A stretch of DNA of 64,000 nucleotides from Octopus bimaculoides (taxonomy: Eukaryota). How positions within the stretch are numbered: position 1 is the first letter of the stretch; every line of letters begins with the position of its first letter. Below the pieces are notes generated by a model. The model had not been told where the DNA came from, made no database searches, and was given only the letters and a program-made list of their open reading frames with translations. Below are positions 39,078 to 51,061 of the stretch, piece by piece. The position numbers and the translations under genes were made by a program. The stretch is taken from assembly GCF_001194135.2 (NCBI RefSeq), contig NC_068992.1:68293222-68357221 (forward strand), read 5' to 3'.

Positions 39078-39275
39078 TTTATGCCCTGATGCAATAACAG
39101 GCTCTCGTGGCTTTTGATCTTAATTTATTGAAATTGTTATCGCGTACAGGTTTTATCTTGGTGTACAAGATGGCCTACAGTAAATATTTTGCTCAATACC
39201 ACATATTTGCTTGTCAGTTGCTTGACCTTAACCAGTTGAGCATGTTCTTTGATAGTTGAAAATACGTGCATCTTC
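39078..39275 (+). mobile_element. family U left fragment
   Basis: GCTCAATACCACA.ATTTGCTTGTCAGTTG.TTGACCTTAACCAGTTGAGCATG overlaps 8535-8600. Confidence 0.7.
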
Positions 39276-40421
39276 TTTTTGCTTAATATTCTCATAATTC
39301 TTCGGAACTTTCAGACCCATGTGTTTTATCGCAATACACACAATTAGGCTTCCAAGCGTGTATCATCAGTTTCTTACCCATTACTTTCTACCAAGTAGAA
39401 CGCACAGAGATATTTCCGATATGGTTTTCGTGGTCTTCGTGATCATGAAGACGTGCAAGTCCATTTCTTGACACTCCTACCCATGTCACTTTTTGGTAAA
39501 ACTGATTTGTACATCTTTCCTTACTATAATATAAATCCACTACTTGTTATTCCCAATTTCTCTTATTGTGATATTTGTTTCTTCGTCTCCTCTGCTGTAG
39601 TACAAATATATAGTCTGAGGTATGTCTGACAATTTCAACCTCTGTTTGGCTGTGTTTGCACTAACAAAGTACATCAGTTAGGGTCGTGGTTGTTGGCTCT
39701 TTGAATTGTGGTAGCTTCTGATGTCCTTGTACTACTTGACGTGAGAGGAATTTTCATTCGGTTCCCACTTTTCGTAAAGATAACTAATCCTTTTCTTCAT
39801 CTTCTTCTGGGTTAGCTCCTGTGGCAGCAAAGTACTGTTGGATTTTACAAAACTTACCCATCTGTGTTTTTTAATTTATAATCATAATAGGTCCAAACAT
39901 CGTTTGTTCATTTTATGCTATCAGAAAGTTTGTTTACAGAGAGCAGCTATATGAACGGACCGTAATATCAGGTAATAAATGCTATTATTGTTGTCACCAC
40001 TGCCCCTATCCTTTACATTACATACTTCAGGTTTTGATACATTTTTTTATCCATTGCTCGATATACAATTCATTTTCTTCGTCCTCTTCTACATTTTTTT
40101 AGTGTTCTGTCTTGTGCTGTTTAGTAGCCACCGTGTAGCTTTGTAGTGGGAAACTAATTAAGTGTAGTAGTTAGATGTGAAAATGTAATGTGGCCAAATA
40201 AAATTTTTAAAGTTTGTCAAACAAACCTCTTTTCTTTTTGCAGCGTATCACCGAATATCGAGTGCAGCCCACTGCCCATTTTCAACAATTGCACTTATTT
40301 ATGTAAGTTAACATAAATTTCATTCAATAATAATTGAAATAAAAGGGGTTTTGAAAAGAAAATCAGTCATCTTCACACTACGATGATGATGGTGATGATA
40401 ACAATAATAAAAATAATACTA

Positions 40422-40634
40422 ATTTCAAATGTTGGCACAAGACCGGCAAATTCGAGGAGGGGGCTAAGTTAATTACATCAACCCAGTGTCTAACTGGTAC
40501 TTATTTAATCGAACCCGAAAAGATGAAAGACATAGCCAACCTCGACAGGATTTGAACTCAGAACGTAAAGACGGACGAAATGTCGCTAAGAAATCTGCCC
40601 AGCGTGCTAAAGATTTTGCTTGCTACCCGCCTTA
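40422..40634 (-). mobile_element. SINE family A copy
   Basis: Near full-length reverse copy flanked by AAT tracts. Confidence 0.85.
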
Positions 40635-40736
40635 ATAATAATAATAGTAGTAATATAGGAGAGTATTGTAGTTCGCTTGAAACATTGTGTATTGTTTGTA
40701 AAGAATTAACAGTTTTGAATGGTACAATACATCATA

Positions 40737-40878
40737 ATACAAACAATGGGCTATGTATCTGTTGTAATTTAGTCATCCATTGTCTGATATGATATTTCGG
40801 AATAAAATTCCTTCTTCAGAAATAGTATCAGACAATGGATGACTAAATTACAACAAGTTTATAGCCCATCGTTTGTAT
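40737..40878. repeat. ~140-bp foldback
   Basis: 29-bp perfect arms 40761-40789 / 40826-40854, plus 18-bp outer arms 40737-40754 / 40861-40878 with one mismatch. Confidence 0.95.
40785..40825 (-). ncRNA. minimal type I hammerhead ribozyme motif (family P3), core intact
   Basis: Minus: CTGAAGA-A-GGAAT-ttt-ATTCC-GAAA-TA-TC; palindromic ATAT helix III, AUC triplet, predicted cleavage between 40791 and 40790. Confidence 0.7.
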
Positions 40879-40889
40879 CATAGTGAACT

Positions 40890-41099
40890 GTTAGCACGCT
40901 GGGCGAAATGGTTAGCTGTATTTCGTCCGTCTTTACGTTCTGAGTTCAGATTTCGCCGCGTTCGCTTTTGCTTTTTATCCTTTCGGGGTCGACAAATTAA
41001 GTACCAGTGAAATACTGGTGTCAATGCAATTTACTGGGCCCCACCCCAAAAATTTCAGGCCTTATGCCTTTAGTAGAAAAGATTATTATTATTATTATT
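40890..41099 (+). mobile_element. SINE family A copy, head slightly truncated, alpha tail
   Basis: GTTAGCACGCTGGGCGAAATG...GAGTTCAGATTTC...CAGGCCTTATGCCTTTAGTAGAAAAG followed by (ATT)n. Confidence 0.85.
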
Positions 41100-41101
41100 C
41101 A

Positions 41102-41270
41102 CGTGGTGGGTCAGCAGAATCGTTAGAAACTTCGAAGTAACGTATTGCGGTATTTATCCCGATACTTTACAAGCTTTGAACCTATCAACCTTTTGTGATC
41201 GATAAAATAATGTACCAGTAATTTATTAGGGTTCAGTGAACCGACTCGTTCTCCCCCACTAAAATTGCTA
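41102..41270 (+). mobile_element. SINE family A, old degenerate copy
   Basis: GCAGAATCGTTAG head and GATAAAATAA.GTACCAG body remnants. Confidence 0.6.
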
Positions 41271-43309
41271 ACATATTAAATGATAGTTGTTTATAGAACA
41301 CCAGAGACCTTTCATATGCACAAATAGAAATGTATACACGGGGTTAATAAACGTGGCGGCGGGATGAATAAAAATAGTCATATAAAAAAAAAGGTGGTGT
41401 TAAAAGATTTTTACAAAATATTTAAGAATAAAAGCTAAAAATGTGATGGAAATTAAAAACTGTGAATACAAAAATTATTTCGAATCTTACTGCAAAAATG
41501 TAATTTTCATGAAATAAGCAGGAAGAAAGTCTTGAGTAACCCACCCATACATTAGTTCAAAAGCACCAATTGTTTTAGCTTGAAGCACTCTACTTGTTGA
41601 AAATACAAGTAAACCAAGACGCGCTTAAAGACTTTTAGCTTTGAAATAGTAACAATACTTTAATATTCTTTAAGTTACTTTGTTTCACGTTATGAAAAAT
41701 CATCGATGCCCTATCAAATGCTGACTTCTAGATCAGTTCTAAAACTTCATCTTTGTATAGTACAACCTTAATATTTTAAACTTTCTAAGGACCTAGAATG
41801 AATCAATCGCAAACGCATGAACGTCATTTTATCTTCCAGGAAATAACATTCTTCTGTTTTACATTCAATTCTGGATATGTCTTTACTTGCTTTTTCTCCC
41901 ACACCAACCACCATTTTGACCTCTTCTCCGTCCTAAACAGAATACGATGCAATCAGGTGCACAGCCTCTGGGATTTAGACCGGTTGCACTGTTGTAATCG
42001 CTGCTTCGATTACCGCGTATTTTGATGTCTCTGCTGCTATCTTTTTCGCCTAACTTTCTAGTTTCGCATGGCATAAACTCTACATATGTAACAGCTGATA
42101 TCTCTCATTTGGAGGGAGTTTCACAGCTCTAGATTTATTTTATTATATTTAGGTTTCATCGGTAATTATTCATAGAGAAGTTACCTGACATTTCATTAAC
42201 GTTCACCATTTACCCATATTGCGTCACAAAATAGACATCATTCTGATGTCAGCGTTGATTGCCAAATCTTTTACTGCAACTCTTACGTTACTCTCCACCA
42301 TGTATTGTGGTAAATGTTTCCGGGAAAATTTTGACGTTTTCAATATTATGCAAACAACTTTATTTATCTTGCTAGGCCGACCGAGTGAATGTTCCAAAAG
42401 TTAGGTTGGTTCATTGGCAAATGCTCTTTTGGCAGAACAGAGAATTCATAAGTGTCTTTCTTAAGTTGAATTATAATAGTTATTACTGTTCGATGACGGA
42501 ATGAAGTAGGGGTGTACTTCCACATGTCATTCACCACTACCAGGTAGACATTTGATGAATGTTTGACCTATGCATGTGATTAGATGTATGCTTATATAGA
42601 TGTACATGCATCTAGTTATCTATGCATGGCTGTATGCAAATAAGCATGTATGTAAATATGATTTTATACAGGCATACACGTTTATGTATGCATATATTCA
42701 AGCATGTATGCAAATGACAATCTACATCACATTCCGATATTCTTTCACCATTTCATTCTATATCTACTCCACGCATATGTGAAATAATCTTGATGGATTG
42801 TCAAATATCAACAAAACTAAATACAAACGACTATATCTCCGTTATATTTAGCTATTCGAAGCCCATGAATATATGCTTGCGTATGTATGTGTGTGAAATT
42901 TGTTATGTATCTTTCTGTATGAGAGCGAGCAGTGGAGAAAATAATTTAGTGTTGTAGAGACAGAAGTAGAGACGATTAGGAGGAGAGAGAGAAAGAGGCA
43001 GACACAGACAGACAGACAGACAGACAGATATATGACTGACTGGCTGGTCAAGATAATTTCAATAGCATATAAGTTGTTCTGGAATCAACAATATATTGAA
43101 AACTGCTACTAAAAATCTGGTAATTAGAAAGTTATATGAAATTTCTAATGATAACATCATCTCATTTTGATAGACCCTAGAGGTTTGGGAGACAAGGTAA
43201 GTTCAATTGCGGGCATGTCAATTAAACTTCCTAATAAAGATAAATCTGATAAACTGTTGATCCAATTCTTGCTTCTGTAATTATTTTAAACACTACCACC
43301 ACAGATAAT

Positions 43310-44155
43310 AATCCTTTCTACTCTTGGCGCCAGGCCTGAACTTTGGAAAAAAGAAGCTAGTCGATTTATCGACCCAACTCAATATGCTCAAGTGGTACTC
43401 ATTTTATGGACCCCGGGGGAATTGCAGGCACAGTCGACCTCCATGGAATTTGAATTCAGAACGTAATGAATTGGAAGAAATGCCGCTAAGCATTTTGCCC
43501 GGCGTGCTAACAATCTGCCAGCTCGCCGGCTCAATAATAATAATAATAATGGTTTTAAATTTTGCCACAAGGGCAGCAATTTTGGAGAAGAGAATAAGTC
43601 GATTACATCGACTCTAGTGTTTCACTGGTCCTTAACCTATCGACCCAGAAAGGATGAAATACAAAGTCGACCTCTGCGGAATTTGAACACAGAACGTTGA
43701 GACGGTAATAATACTAAACATTTCTACTAAAGGCACAAGGCCTGAAATTTTGAGGGAGGGCTAAGTCAATTAGATCGACCCTAATACTCAACTGGCACTT
43801 AATTCATCGACCCCGAAAGGATGAACAGCAAAGACGTCCTCGGCGGAATTTGAACTCAGAACGGATTGACAGACGAAATACCGCTAAGCATTTCGCCCAG
43901 CGTGCTAACGATTCTACCAGCTCGACGCGTTAATAATAATCCTTTCTCTTGGAATCAAGGCATCAAATTTGAAGAAAGGGATGAAGTCGATTACATCGAC
44001 CCCAGTACGCAACTGGTACTTATTTAATCGACCCCGAAAGGATGAAAGGCAAAGTCAACCTCGGTATAATTTGAACTCAGAACGTAGGGACAGAAGAATT
44101 ACTACTAAGCATTGTGCCCGGTGGCGTGCTAACGATTCTGCCAGCTCGTCGCCTC
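43310..44155 (-). mobile_element. four head-to-tail SINE family A copies (43310-43532, 43551-43706, 43719-43932, 43940-44155)
   Basis: Each copy shows body and B box; copies are separated by AAT tracts, with (AAT)n continuing to about 44205. Confidence 0.9.
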
Positions 44156-44158
44156 ATT

Positions 44159-44205
<47 letters not shown>

Positions 44206-45125
44206 CAATGATTGTGAAAATAAGTTTGATAATTCTAAACAAGAGAGAAACGGTTAGATGGCATCCAGCTTGTGTTCATTAAACTGTCCAAACACACAGA
44301 CGTTACATAAGCTGTGACGATTGCCTCCACATTCACGCACTCGCACACAAACACGCGCACGCGCATCTTTGTGTGTGCATGCAGTACATATAATCATATA
44401 TATGCATATACAGAGGTGTGTGTGTGTGTGTGTGTGTGTGTTGCATGCGATTAACGAGTTCATTTCATGACGCTGCTTGTTTGAGTTAGATATGATTATA
44501 CGGTACCTTCTGCAATTGTCTTCTGCTATAGCTTCGGTTTCTTATTATAATTATCACATTATTTAACTATAATGCGGATGGGATTTAGTAGTTTGAAACT
44601 ATGCAAAACACGACGCGTGTATGCGGACATACATACATATATATNNNNNNNNNNNNNNNNNNNNNNNNNNNNNNNNNNNNNNNNNNNNNNNNNNNNNNNN
44701 NNNNNNNNNNNNNNNNNNNNNNNNNNNNNNNNNNNNNNNNNNNNNNNNNNNNNNNNNNNNNNNNNNNNNNNNNNNNNNNNNNNNNNNNNNNNNNNNNNNN
44801 NNNNNNNNNNNNNNNNNNNNNNNNNNNNNNNNNNNNNNNNNNNNNNNNNNNNNNNNNNNNNNNNNNNNNNNNNNNNNNNNNNNNNNNNNNNNNNNNNNNN
44901 NNNNNNNNNNNNNNNNNNNNNNNNNNNNNNNNNNNNNNNNNNNNNNNNNNNNNNNNNNNNNNNNNNNNNNNNNNNNNNNNNNNNNNNNNNNNNNNNNNNN
45001 NNNNNNNNNNNNNNNNNNNNNNNNNNNNNNNNNNNNNNNNNNNNNNNNNNNNNNNNNNNNNNNNNNNNNNNNNNNNNNNNNNNNNNNNNNNNNNNNNNNN
45101 NNNNNNATATATAATCTCCACTTAC

Positions 45126-45243
45126 CTAAACCTAAAAGGTCAACAACGTTAAGTGACCGTTTAAGGTGTGTTTCGTAAATCGTAGAAGTGTCCACAGTTT
45201 TCGATCGTGTGATTCCATTCCAGAGATAGCGCCACGGCCTCAT
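45126..45243 (-). CDS. SLC7A1-like: first coding exon of a cationic amino acid transporter (SLC7A CAT/slimfast family)
   Basis: MRPWRYLWNGITRSKTVDTSTIYETHLKRSLNVVDLLGL(G) matches the family N-terminus as recalled from Drosophila slimfast and human CAT-1 (LW..LTR.K...E..L.R.LN..DL..LG, continuing VGSTLGAG). The frame ends in phase 1 at a perfect AG|GTAAGT donor (45125-45120). Family is recognised; the exact ortholog is not determinable. Confidence 0.85.
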
Positions 45244-45289
45244 CCTAAAAGTCAGTGTGCCCGATTTACTCCTTCGTTCTTTTACTTAA

Positions 45290-45900
45290 TCGTTGTTGTT
45301 GTTGTTGTTGTTGTTGCTTTATTGTTGTTATCGTCGAGTCGGCGCGAATGCCTTTGAATGTTTTGGCGTACTTTTGTTGTTAGTTGTTATTATTATTATT
45401 AGGTTTGTATTTATTGCCTTGATAGCTGATAATATTCAATTCAATTACCACGATCGGTGCTATTACTGCTGTACTCTTGTTGTTATTGCTCATCTAGCCG
45501 TTTTTGTTCTTGTTGATGTTGCTGGTGTTGCTACTTTTCATGTTGTGCTTATTCATATATTGTTATAGCTATTGTTGTTGTTATTGCTGCTGCAGGAACC
45601 TGCTTAGTAGTAGTAGTAGTAGTAGTAGCAGCAGCAGTAGCAGCAGTGGTGGTTTTGGATTTTGTTCGTATGTTTGATGCTTTCACATCTATTAAATCTC
45701 TCGAAATACTTTCTTATGATTTTGTAATAAAATATTTTTTCAATATATAACAGCTCTCATTATGTGTAGTAGTAATTGTTGTTGTTAGTAGAAATCATGG
45801 TTTCACGAAATGTTGTTGTTGCTGTTTAATCACTACCAATCTATAATTTATCACTTGTCAATTTTAGATTTTTGTTGTTTTTGTGGCTATTGCCGCTGCT
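45290..45900. repeat. mixed trinucleotide low-complexity tract upstream of the transporter ATG
   Basis: GTT, ATT, GCT and AGT triplet mosaics. Confidence 0.85.
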
Positions 45901-46279
45901 CCTGCGCTCTCCGTCCATGCATACTGTCTCTCATTTCGATATATGCATTTTGCTGGCCTTCTTTTCACACTGATATATATATATATATANNNNNNNNNNN
46001 NNNNNNNNNNNNNNNNNNNNNNNNNNNNNNNNNNNNNNNNNNNNNNNNNNNNNNNNNNNNNNNNNNNNNNNNNNNNNNNNNNNNNNNNNNNNNNNNNNNN
46101 NNNNNNNNNNNNNNNNNNNNNNNNNNNNNNNNNNNNNNNNNNNNNNNNNNNNNNNNNNNNNNNNNNNNNNNNNNNNNNNNNNNNNNNNNNNNNNNNNNNN
46201 NNNNNNNNNNNNNNNNNNNNNNNNNNNNNNNNNNNNNNNNNNNNNNNNNNNNNNNNNNNNNNNNNNNNNNNNNNNNNNN

Positions 46280-46339
<60 letters not shown>

Positions 46340-47367
46340 TGCAGGGGAAGCAGAGATGAACGAATGTGAAAGAGAGAAAAATATGCTGCAACCCTCGCTG
46401 TTTCCGCTACTTTAATCTTTAAGCATTTTCTCTGATTAACATTTATAAGATAAACATGTGTGGAAGAAGACTGGCAGAGCGACAGACAACTAGACGCGGA
46501 CAGACAGGCAGACAGAAGGGAATAGGGAGGTGGATTAGGGTTAGGGTCGTTGTATAGATATATGGGTGGGGCTGCTGATGATAGACAGAGAGAGCGGGAG
46601 AGCGGGAAGAGAGAGAAAGAGATAAGTGAAAGTATGAATGAATTGTATAAGTATGTGTACTGCGGTGCAGAAAGAAAAATAGAAGAAAGGAACGAAGATA
46701 GGAACGAAACAAAAACAAAAAACAAGTTAGAAAGAAAAACGAAAAGACAGGAAAAGGTAAAAGAAAGATAGAAAGAAGAAAGAAGGGAGAAGAGAGAAAA
46801 GGCGGCTGAATGAACAAGTGGTTATGAAGAGATAGATTGATTAATAGATAGAATATAGAGACAGGATTGATGGTAAATGTATCAGCTGTATAGACTTGTG
46901 TGTAGAGAAGTGTGTGTTATATTGATGTATATAGAATTGGAGTGATAGTGTTAGATATACAGATGGATAGAGAGATAGGTAATACTGGATGGCTGGGAGG
47001 GAGGGAGAGGGAGAAAGAGGGAGGGTCTGAGGTTTGTTTGGGATAATAAATAGTTGTTGCCTGAAGTACGAGATAGTTATATAAAGGGATTGCTGGCTGG
47101 TTGGATGGGTGTTGGATGGATCGATGGTTAGATGTTTCGAAACAGACAGAAAACTCGGTTGTTACTTGTTTGGATAGGAAAAGAGAAAATGGATCAATAC
47201 GTACGCACGCGCACGCGTATGTGTAATTAGTTCGGAGAATTGACAGGTACGATTGATATCAGACTGAAAGAGTGTGATGAGGACTGCCAGAATACGTAGT
47301 AGATAAACAGTGAGATAAATTAGTTACATATAGATATATAGAAAAGCAGTGAGACAGACAGACAGAC

Positions 47368-47404
<37 letters not shown>

Positions 47405-48249
47405 TGAACACTTCTGCTTAATTAACTGTTATGGGATGGAAAATATACAACGAATAAGAAAAAAATAAGATGAACACTGTATGTTTTTCATATGATACCT
47501 ATATGTGAAATCTGAAGTGTTTAAAAGACACGGAAGGGAGAAGAAAAAACGGCAGATTATGAAGTATAAAATGAGATAAACATGTAAGTATGTGTTATGT
47601 AATTAAGAATTATATAACAAGTGAAAAGTCCATGTGAAAATCACTATCTTCAACAAGTGCAATAGACTCTTTGTAGTCTTCGAGTAACAAATACAAAGTG
47701 TGTGTTCACATTCACATTATATATAGGCACGTCTCACACATAGAGACACACATCTCTCTCCCTACTTATCAATCAGCTATCTGTCTATGTATGTATGTAT
47801 GTAGGTAGGTAGGTAGGTATATATCAAAATTTATAGTTCTTTAATTTTCAAGTCTAAAACATATATATATCCGAAAGGATGAAAGGCAAAGTCAATCTCG
47901 GCGGAACTTGAATATATTCCTAAATACTAATACGGATGACGGAGTGTAACGAGAAGTATTTATTAGCACATATATTATATATATACTCATTTACTATTTG
48001 TTTTTATATATATATATATATATATGTATANNNNNNNNNNNNNNNNNNNNNNNNNNNNNNNNNNNNNNNNNNNNNNNNNNNNNNNNNNNNNNNNNNNNNN
48101 NNNNNNNNNNNNNNNNNNNNNNNNNNNNNNAAAAACGTTAAGAGTAAACCCTGTTCTATGTGACACGTTCTACCAGTATCCAAAGTTTCAAAATGCTTAG
48201 TTAAAAAAATTAATTAAAAATCTAGCCGTCAAATTGAATAGATCCCAGA

Positions 48250-48770
48250 TTATGTCTGCAGCATAATTGTCCATTTACCCATCTTCCGGGACTCGTCGGA
48301 CAAATAAAAATACAAATGGGACCCCGTAACAAATACAAAACCCTCAGCCACAAACATTTTTAGTTCTCCAAACGGAATTTCTTTTTAGCCATAATGAATC
48401 TGGCAAAAGAGCTACAAACGAACATTCTTGCCATCACATGATGTCACCATGCCACCATCCTATTGCAGAAACTCCCATTGCTGTCATTAACAAGCAAATC
48501 GCCAAAAGCGTCAAAAGCAGTCACCATTATCGCCTCGACATTTTGGTCAATGCACAAGGCATCAGCCCTTTCATCAATGCCCAAAACTGCAAGGTCCAAT
48601 GTATTGAGGACTGGGTTAATGACCATCCACACCATATCCTTTTTTTCGTCATTACAGACACCCATCTCAATAACCTCCACTTGGAAGCTGAGGTGAGAGT
48701 GAATAATTTTACAGCTATCCGTGCAGATCGTGTCGGCAGAAGAAAGAGTAGACTGCGATGTTCGTGCACG
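48250..48770 (+). mobile_element. CR1-like LINE 5' part: ORF1 end and APE endonuclease N-terminus
   Basis: CLQHNCPFTHLPG (zinc-finger-like), then LVNAQGI...KVQCIEDW...ITDTHL...AEVRVNNFTAIRADRVGRRK. Confidence 0.8.
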
Positions 48771-49772
48771 ATTCTTTTTCTTCTCCCTTGATAATTCTCA
48801 AGAGCTTGGAGTCATTGGCGAATATTTTCATTACGGTGTGTTTGATGACACTTGAAATGTCGTTTATTTAGACTATATAGAGGAGCGAGCCAAAGTCGGT
48901 CCCTTGAAGGACATCACTAGTGACTTTTGCTGGTCTTTAGTGGATTCCACCGATCACAGCATGTACTCTGTTCTCCAGGAAATACTCAATCCAGTGTAGA
49001 TGTTTTTCACAGATTCAATATTTGACAATTTTGATACAGCAGGATATTGTGGTCGACTCTGTCGAACGTTTTACTGAAATCAAGATATATAACATCAGTG
49101 TTGGAAGCTGATTCAATGCTTTAAGGATATCATCAATGTGATGTAAGAGCTGTATTAGGCATTCCCTGTCGCAGCCAAAGTCATGCTGGTTTGAATTTAG
49201 AAGATGATGGCTCTCCAGGAGACCAGCCATCCATGATCTCACCATCCTTTCAAATAATTTTATGATATAGGTAGTGAGTGAGATTAGGCGATAGTTGACT
49301 ACAAGGGATCTGTTTTCTTGCGTAAAAACCGGGATGACAGGCGGCGATAAGAGCTGTTTCGGCATGTAACCTGATTCCAAAGAATCTCCCCAGAGGTTGG
49401 TTCGAGGGACAGAAAGTTGGTGTCTACATTCCTTCAGGACACCAGTGGGAATTTGTCAGGGTTACAGCAGAACAGTATTTGATCTCTTTTATTGCTGCTA
49501 TGATGTCTGGAGCACTAAAGGTTATGTCCAATATTACATATTGAGGATCGATTTTGTTCACATTCCTTGCGTGAATATAATGTGGGATCACTACAGACAG
49601 AGCAGTACTGCTTCTGCCATACTCAAGCTAGTTTTATAGCATCATGTTGGCGGATGCCATTTTCATCAACTAGTGGACCATCGGCCGAGACAGCGGTCCT
49701 ATGCTTATTGGCATATGAATAGAACACTTTGGGTTCTGTGGCCATGCTAGGATACGGTCAATGTCATCACCT
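48771..49772 (-). mobile_element. CR1-like LINE linker and RT fragment (subfamily A), pseudogenised
   Basis: EPKVFYSYAN...NYRLISLTTYIIKLFERMVR...NQHDF...LIQLLHHID...WIEYFLENR...QGTDFGSLLY...FANDSKL. Confidence 0.9.
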
Positions 49773-49773
49773 T

Positions 49774-51061
49774 TTAATTGACCAATCTTATGTGAAGGAG
49801 GGAGTTCGACATTGCTGCTCTCTTTTGAGTTACCTGCTTAGATATTGGTTTATTTGGGACCTTGAATAGCATGAGGTCAATTTGTTTCTTGAAAACATTT
49901 ACTCCCATTCCATGGAAATCCCTCAGATGTTTTGGCGAGGCGTTATATAGCTGTGGGCCTTTGAATCCCAACCTATTGCAGTACACGTTTCTCACCTTAG
50001 ATGAAACACCTGGGACTTTTGGAAGTGCAGTGACGTCCAATTCGGTGTCTGGTATAACTCTCGATTCCAAAGTTTGATGCCACCCCCTCCAGTATCTTCC
50101 GCACATATATCACTGCATACCTCACCCCTTCCTTGTGTAACATCGCTGAACCGCCTCAAGTTCTGTTATTAATCCAACACAGTAGGGTGACCAGAATTGC
50201 GATCAGTCGTCCAGACGGCTGAGGACAAATATCCTCCATAGAACCAACCTCGTTTCCTGGTCCGTCATTCTGAAGGTTCTCAGAATCCATCCGGCTGTTC
50301 GCCTGCACACAGCCATTATCTTGGTGAAATACATGAGAAACGAGGTATCGTTGCAAATATCAATCCCAAGATCGCGTAACATAAATGATTCTGGGATTAC
50401 CACTCCTTTTGATCAAAAGTTTCGTTGATGCGACTTCTGAGCAACAATTAGCTGGTAGCGGAGGGCTCCAACTGCATGTTGTTTTCCTCAGCCTATTTAT
50501 AGGTGGCATCTTCGTCTTACTGTAGCAGATTAACATCAGAAGGTTCCTTGACTGCTTCTACTACCTTTGTGTCGTCAGCATAGCTAGTAAGTGTGGCTGT
50601 CTGTGTAACTGATGGCGTGTCTGAAAGAGCCACCATGAACAGCAGCGGCCCCAGTACAGTTCCCTGAGGCACTCCACTCTCTATTACTGTCTCCTTGGAT
50701 ATGGCTCCGTTGGCTGCTACAGCCTGACTTCTGTCTTTTAAGAAGTCATTTAACCACCCTCCAATTTTTCAAGTTATGCTAAGTCTCTGTAACTTGTGAC
50801 ATATCGTCCCATGACCAACCTTATCAAAGGCCTTTGCAAAGTCGAGATATAACACATCCACGTTTGAGCGATTTATTAATTGTTCAACACCCTGTCATAG
50901 TGTTGCAAAAGATGTGTAAGGCAGCTTCTGCCTGAGCGAAAGCCATTCTGGGTGTCAGGAAGCAGGTTACTATCTTTAAGGAACGTAATTAGTTTCTTCC
51001 TGACAAGGCTTTCCATGACTTCGTGTCATGGGAGGTTAGAGAGACAGGTCTATAATTTTCA
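49774..51061 (-). mobile_element. CR1-like LINE RT to ORF2 end (subfamily B), pseudogenised
   Basis: NYRPVSLTS...QNGFRSGRSCLTHLL...YLDFAKAFDKVGH...SGVPQGTVLGPLLF...YADDTK...RDLGI...WRIFVLSRLD...SNSLLHIRLVN*. Confidence 0.92.

Noticed and set aside
39300-39850. CVYCDKTH zinc-knuckle-like string (BEL/Pao gag?) and RPD..IQDF.LPK at about 57390 (Gypsy RT?)
   Set aside because: Single short motifs with no supporting domains or LTRs; too weak to call.
43310-44155. Regularly spaced repeats superficially like a CRISPR array
   Set aside because: Units are ~200-bp SINE copies in eukaryotic DNA; no spacers or cas genes.
46535-46546. TTAGGGTTAGGG telomere-like repeat
   Set aside because: Only two units.
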